Part shown: one piece after another, positions 61,764-64,000 of the stretch
How the letters are laid out: each line of letters starts with the position of its first letter
How positions within the stretch are numbered: position 1 is the stretch's first letter
Notes under the pieces: model-generated
Seen by the model: only the letters and a program-made list of their open reading frames with translations
Told to the model about the DNA's origin: nothing
Database searches by the model: none
IMG/VR virus record: IMGVR_UViG_3300035498_000413
Coordinates: 1 to 64,000 of that record
Source of the DNA: an uncultured virus (IMG/VR IMGVR_UViG_3300035498_000413)
Lineage: Duplodnaviria; Heunggongvirae; Uroviricota; Caudoviricetes
Reading direction: 5' to 3' (one strand)
Length of the DNA stretch: 64,000 nucleotides
Position numbers and translations under genes: made by a program

Positions 61764-63408
61764 TTTTCTTCTCCTTTCTACAATAATTTTTATAATGACA
61801 TTCATTATCTAAATAATCTTTAAAAACTAAGTTATTTTCTTCTACTAAACATTTCATCATATTAACAGCGTGTTTAAACAAAATTTGGTTCCACCTACAA
61901 GCTACTTCTGGATTGATAAAGAAATCTTCATAAGTATCATAGTTAGAAGAAGGACAACCATTGGTCTGGCACACCTGCCGTAAGGGGCAAGTTTTGCAGA
62001 GTTCAGGCTTCTCACACTCATTTATTGCTTCTTTTGTATATTCATCTAACAAAGCTTCATGCTTTTTTCTATCTACGCCATTCCAAATATCACCGATAAA
62101 GAAGAAACTATTTCCATAAGAATCTTGCTCTTGACAAGCATAAATTCTACCATCATAAGAAATAGAAGCAGAAGTAGTACCAAGGCCGCATCTAAAAGGC
62201 TCGCGATGAATAGAAACATTATTAAATCTATTATGATAGAACTGTAAATCTCTATTTAATATATCTTCATAAGTTTTATCAATACGAGAGAAAGAAGTAA
62301 AAGGTTTATGACCCTCAGAAAACTGTAGATACATCAACGCAAAAATCTTCTCTACTTCTTCATCAAGTTTTTGAATATTTTCTTCTGACCAAGTTTCTCT
62401 ACCATTAGGCATTGTAAAGAAATTGCGGAAACCGTGCTCCATAGCGAAAACATACGAGTTAAAAGTGCCATCAACTGTAGCTTGGTCAATGGTTGCTCTC
62501 ATAGTGGTGTTTGGAAAATTCTGTAATAAATAGGAAATATTGGAAGCCGCCGCCTCATAACTACTTTGCCCATTCCGCATTGGACGATTTTTATCTTGAA
62601 CTTCTTTAGGACCATCGAAAGAAAGATGGGGATAGATATCATACTTCCGCATAAAATCAATTCTTTCCTTGTCTAGCAGCGTCCCATTAGTGGTCATTGT
62701 AAGAGTAATAGTATCTCCATATTTCTCTCTAATATGCTTAGTCAGCGGCACAATAATACTATCCCACATTATAGTAGGTTCACCGCCAAAGTAAGTAATA
62801 GAAGGATCTTGCTTAATTCCAGTTAATTCTTCCTTTTGTTTAACATTATTCATTAAAAAATCAACGCTTTGTTCTGCAATTTCGTAAGTCATATAGTGGT
62901 TACATTGCTTAACAAAGCAGTTATGAACAGCAAAACCATCTGCAAAATAAGTATGTTCACTAGTCTCAAAATTATAAACCTGCGTAGTTTCAAAAATTTC
63001 TTCGACAGATTCAATTATAGAACTATATAGCCCTATATCTCCAAATATGTAAGCCACATCGATCCCAGGCTTTAAATCTTTTACCTGGGTCCATTTATTT
63101 ACTCCAGTTAAGATAGGATGATTTCCTGTAAGATAAATTTTATGTTTATCCTTCGTAACAATTTTAAATAAAGTTCTAGCTTCTCTTACAAAAATATTAA
63201 GAACTTTAGTTGTTTTTACTCTATGGGGAGCTTCTTCTTCAAACCCCATAACTCTATCAGCGATTTCAATATCTTCAATATTTTTCGTGCTACCATCAGC
63301 CATTAAGATCTTAGTGCCGGCTGGTGCGCAATACTTGCATTCTAGGTTACACGCGTCAGTGAGGTTCAAACACACGCTACTAAAAAACGGGTAATGTTCT
63401 TTATACAT
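61753..63408 (-). CDS. Radical SAM/SPASM-domain enzyme with a mini-intein
   Basis: CNLECKY|C, YFGGEP, TTNG and SFDG; SPASM CGLG...IYAC...CKTCPLRQVC...GCP...AC. Confidence 0.92.
   Translation of the reverse strand: MYKEHYPFFSSVCLNLTDACNLECKYCAPAGTKILMADGSTKNIEDIEIADRVMGFEEEAPHRVKTTKVLNIFVREARTLFKIVTKDKHKIYLTGNHPILTGVNKWTQVKDLKPGIDVAYIFGDIGLYSSIIESVEEIFETTQVYNFETSEHTYFADGFAVHNCFVKQCNHYMTYEIAEQSVDFLMNNVKQKEELTGIKQDPSITYFGGEPTIMWDSIIVPLTKHIREKYGDTITLTMTTNGTLLDKERIDFMRKYDIYPHLSFDGPKEVQDKNRPMRNGQSSYEAAASNISYLLQNFPNTTMRATIDQATVDGTFNSYVFAMEHGFRNFFTMPNGRETWSEENIQKLDEEVEKIFALMYLQFSEGHKPFTSFSRIDKTYEDILNRDLQFYHNRFNNVSIHREPFRCGLGTTSASISYDGRIYACQEQDSYGNSFFFIGDIWNGVDRKKHEALLDEYTKEAINECEKPELCKTCPLRQVCQTNGCPSSNYDTYEDFFINPEVACRWNQILFKHAVNMMKCLVEENNLVFKDYLDNECHYKNYCRKEKKNEL
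62920..63330 (-). mobile_element. Mini-intein (137 aa, no endonuclease) inside the CxxxCxxC motif
   Basis: CAPAGTKILMADG...TGNHPI...VYNFET...FAVHN|C. Confidence 0.92.
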
Positions 63409-63427
63409 AATTTCTCCTATAAAAAAT

Positions 63428-63450
63428 AAAGGGAGGTTTCCCTCCCTTTT
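63428..63450 (-). terminator. Intrinsic terminator after the tRNA cluster
   Basis: AAAGGGAGG-loop-CCTCCCTTT followed by a T-rich tract on the minus strand. Confidence 0.75.
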
Positions 63451-63454
63451 AGTC

Positions 63455-63529
63455 TGGCAGAGGCGCTTCAGAATCGAACCAAGACCCGAGGGGTTAGAGC
63501 CCTCTGTGCTACCATTACACTACACCTCC
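63455..63529 (-). tRNA. Amber suppressor tRNA (anticodon CUA), probably Gln-accepting
   Basis: GGAGGTG/CGCCTCT acceptor stem, G73-CCA, D arm GTGT-AATGGTA-GCAC, anticodon arm GAGGG-CT[CTA]AC-CCCTC, GGTTCGATTC T loop. Confidence 0.9.
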
Positions 63530-63683
63530 ATATGTAAGATAGCTTATTTAGTCTTTAGGTTCTTTCTACATTATTTTCTACATTTAATTTTTCCGATTCT
63601 TTTCTCTATTGCTATCTAATTTATATAATTGATAAGATTTGTTAAAACATCATCGCCACGAGAAGGCTCTTATCTTGATGACG

Positions 63684-63769
63684 CGGAGCGAGAGGGATTC
63701 GAACCCCCGTGTCTCGTAGACACGCTAGTTTTCAAGACTAGGCTGTTATGACCGCTTCAGTACCGCTCC
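63684..63769 (-). tRNA. tRNA-Ser(UGA)
   Basis: CTAGT-CT[TGA]AA-ACTAG anticodon arm, long variable arm CGTGTC/GACACG, G73. Confidence 0.92.
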
Positions 63770-63772
63770 GTT

Positions 63773-63846
63773 TGGAGGTAGATGCCTGAATCGAACAGGC
63801 AACAAGATATTACAAGTATCTCGTTTTACCATTAAACTAATCTACC
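63773..63846 (-). tRNA. tRNA-Thr(UGU)
   Basis: GGTAGAT/ATCTACC acceptor stem, AGATA-CT[TGT]AA-TATCT, encoded CCA. Confidence 0.85.
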
Positions 63847-63969
63847 ATAAAGAGCCCAGGCTACGTTCCACAGCTCGATGGAGGATTTGGGTTCCTCGTT
63901 AACCAACCCTTTTTCAAACACCCATAAAAGTAAACCTTGTTGTAGCTTCGTTCCCTTAACTACAATAAT

Positions 63970-63998
63970 ATTATATGATATTTTTTTTGAAATTTCAA
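63970..63998 (-). promoter_or_regulatory. Sigma70-type promoter for the tRNA cluster
   Basis: TTGAAA-N17-TATAAT. Confidence 0.75.
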
Positions 63999-64000
63999 AG

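Noticed and set aside
63853..63900. GC-rich segment upstream of tRNA-Thr as a fourth tRNA
   Set aside because: No cloverleaf or correctly placed T loop could be built.
1..64000. Genome-wide TGA reassignment to Trp or Sec
   Set aside because: Many genes end in TGA with ATGA overlaps (11437, 11781, 12269, 51451); only two internal TGAs were seen. The tRNA with a TGA anticodon reads TCA (Ser).
4045..64000. A second DGR target
   Set aside because: I found no other TR-like sequence in this window; targets elsewhere in the genome cannot be excluded.

Overview
This window is part of a large, AT-rich tailed phage genome, probably infecting a gut Firmicute (Clostridia-like). It uses genetic code 15 (TAG = Gln) and carries its own amber-suppressor tRNA(CUA) at 63455-63529, so many ORF-track fragments join into intact genes once TAG is read through. 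From left to right: (1-9400) tail genes, a complete diversity-generating retroelement (target with VR, avd, TR and an RT with 19 in-frame TAGs) and a five-gene late cassette of unknown function; (9400-45200) nucleotide metabolism, replication and recombination genes invaded by five group I introns, two endonuclease-bearing inteins and an in-frame HNH insertion; (45300-49400) a lysis operon in which a c-di-GMP-I riboswitch precedes a sortase-anchored surface protein; (50000-60600) RNA-repair and accessory genes; (60600-64000) a radical SAM/SPASM enzyme with a mini-intein, a Cys-rich partner protein and three tRNAs. The most unusual signals are: stop-containing 4-nt and 6-nt inserts inside the first conserved motifs of dnaE and a RecD-like helicase, each beside a hairpin (candidate ribosomal bypass sites); the riboswitch-controlled, amber-gated LPXTG protein; the amber-gated DGR RT; and the rSAM/Cys-rich module. 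All calls come from reading the sequence by eye; no database searches were run.
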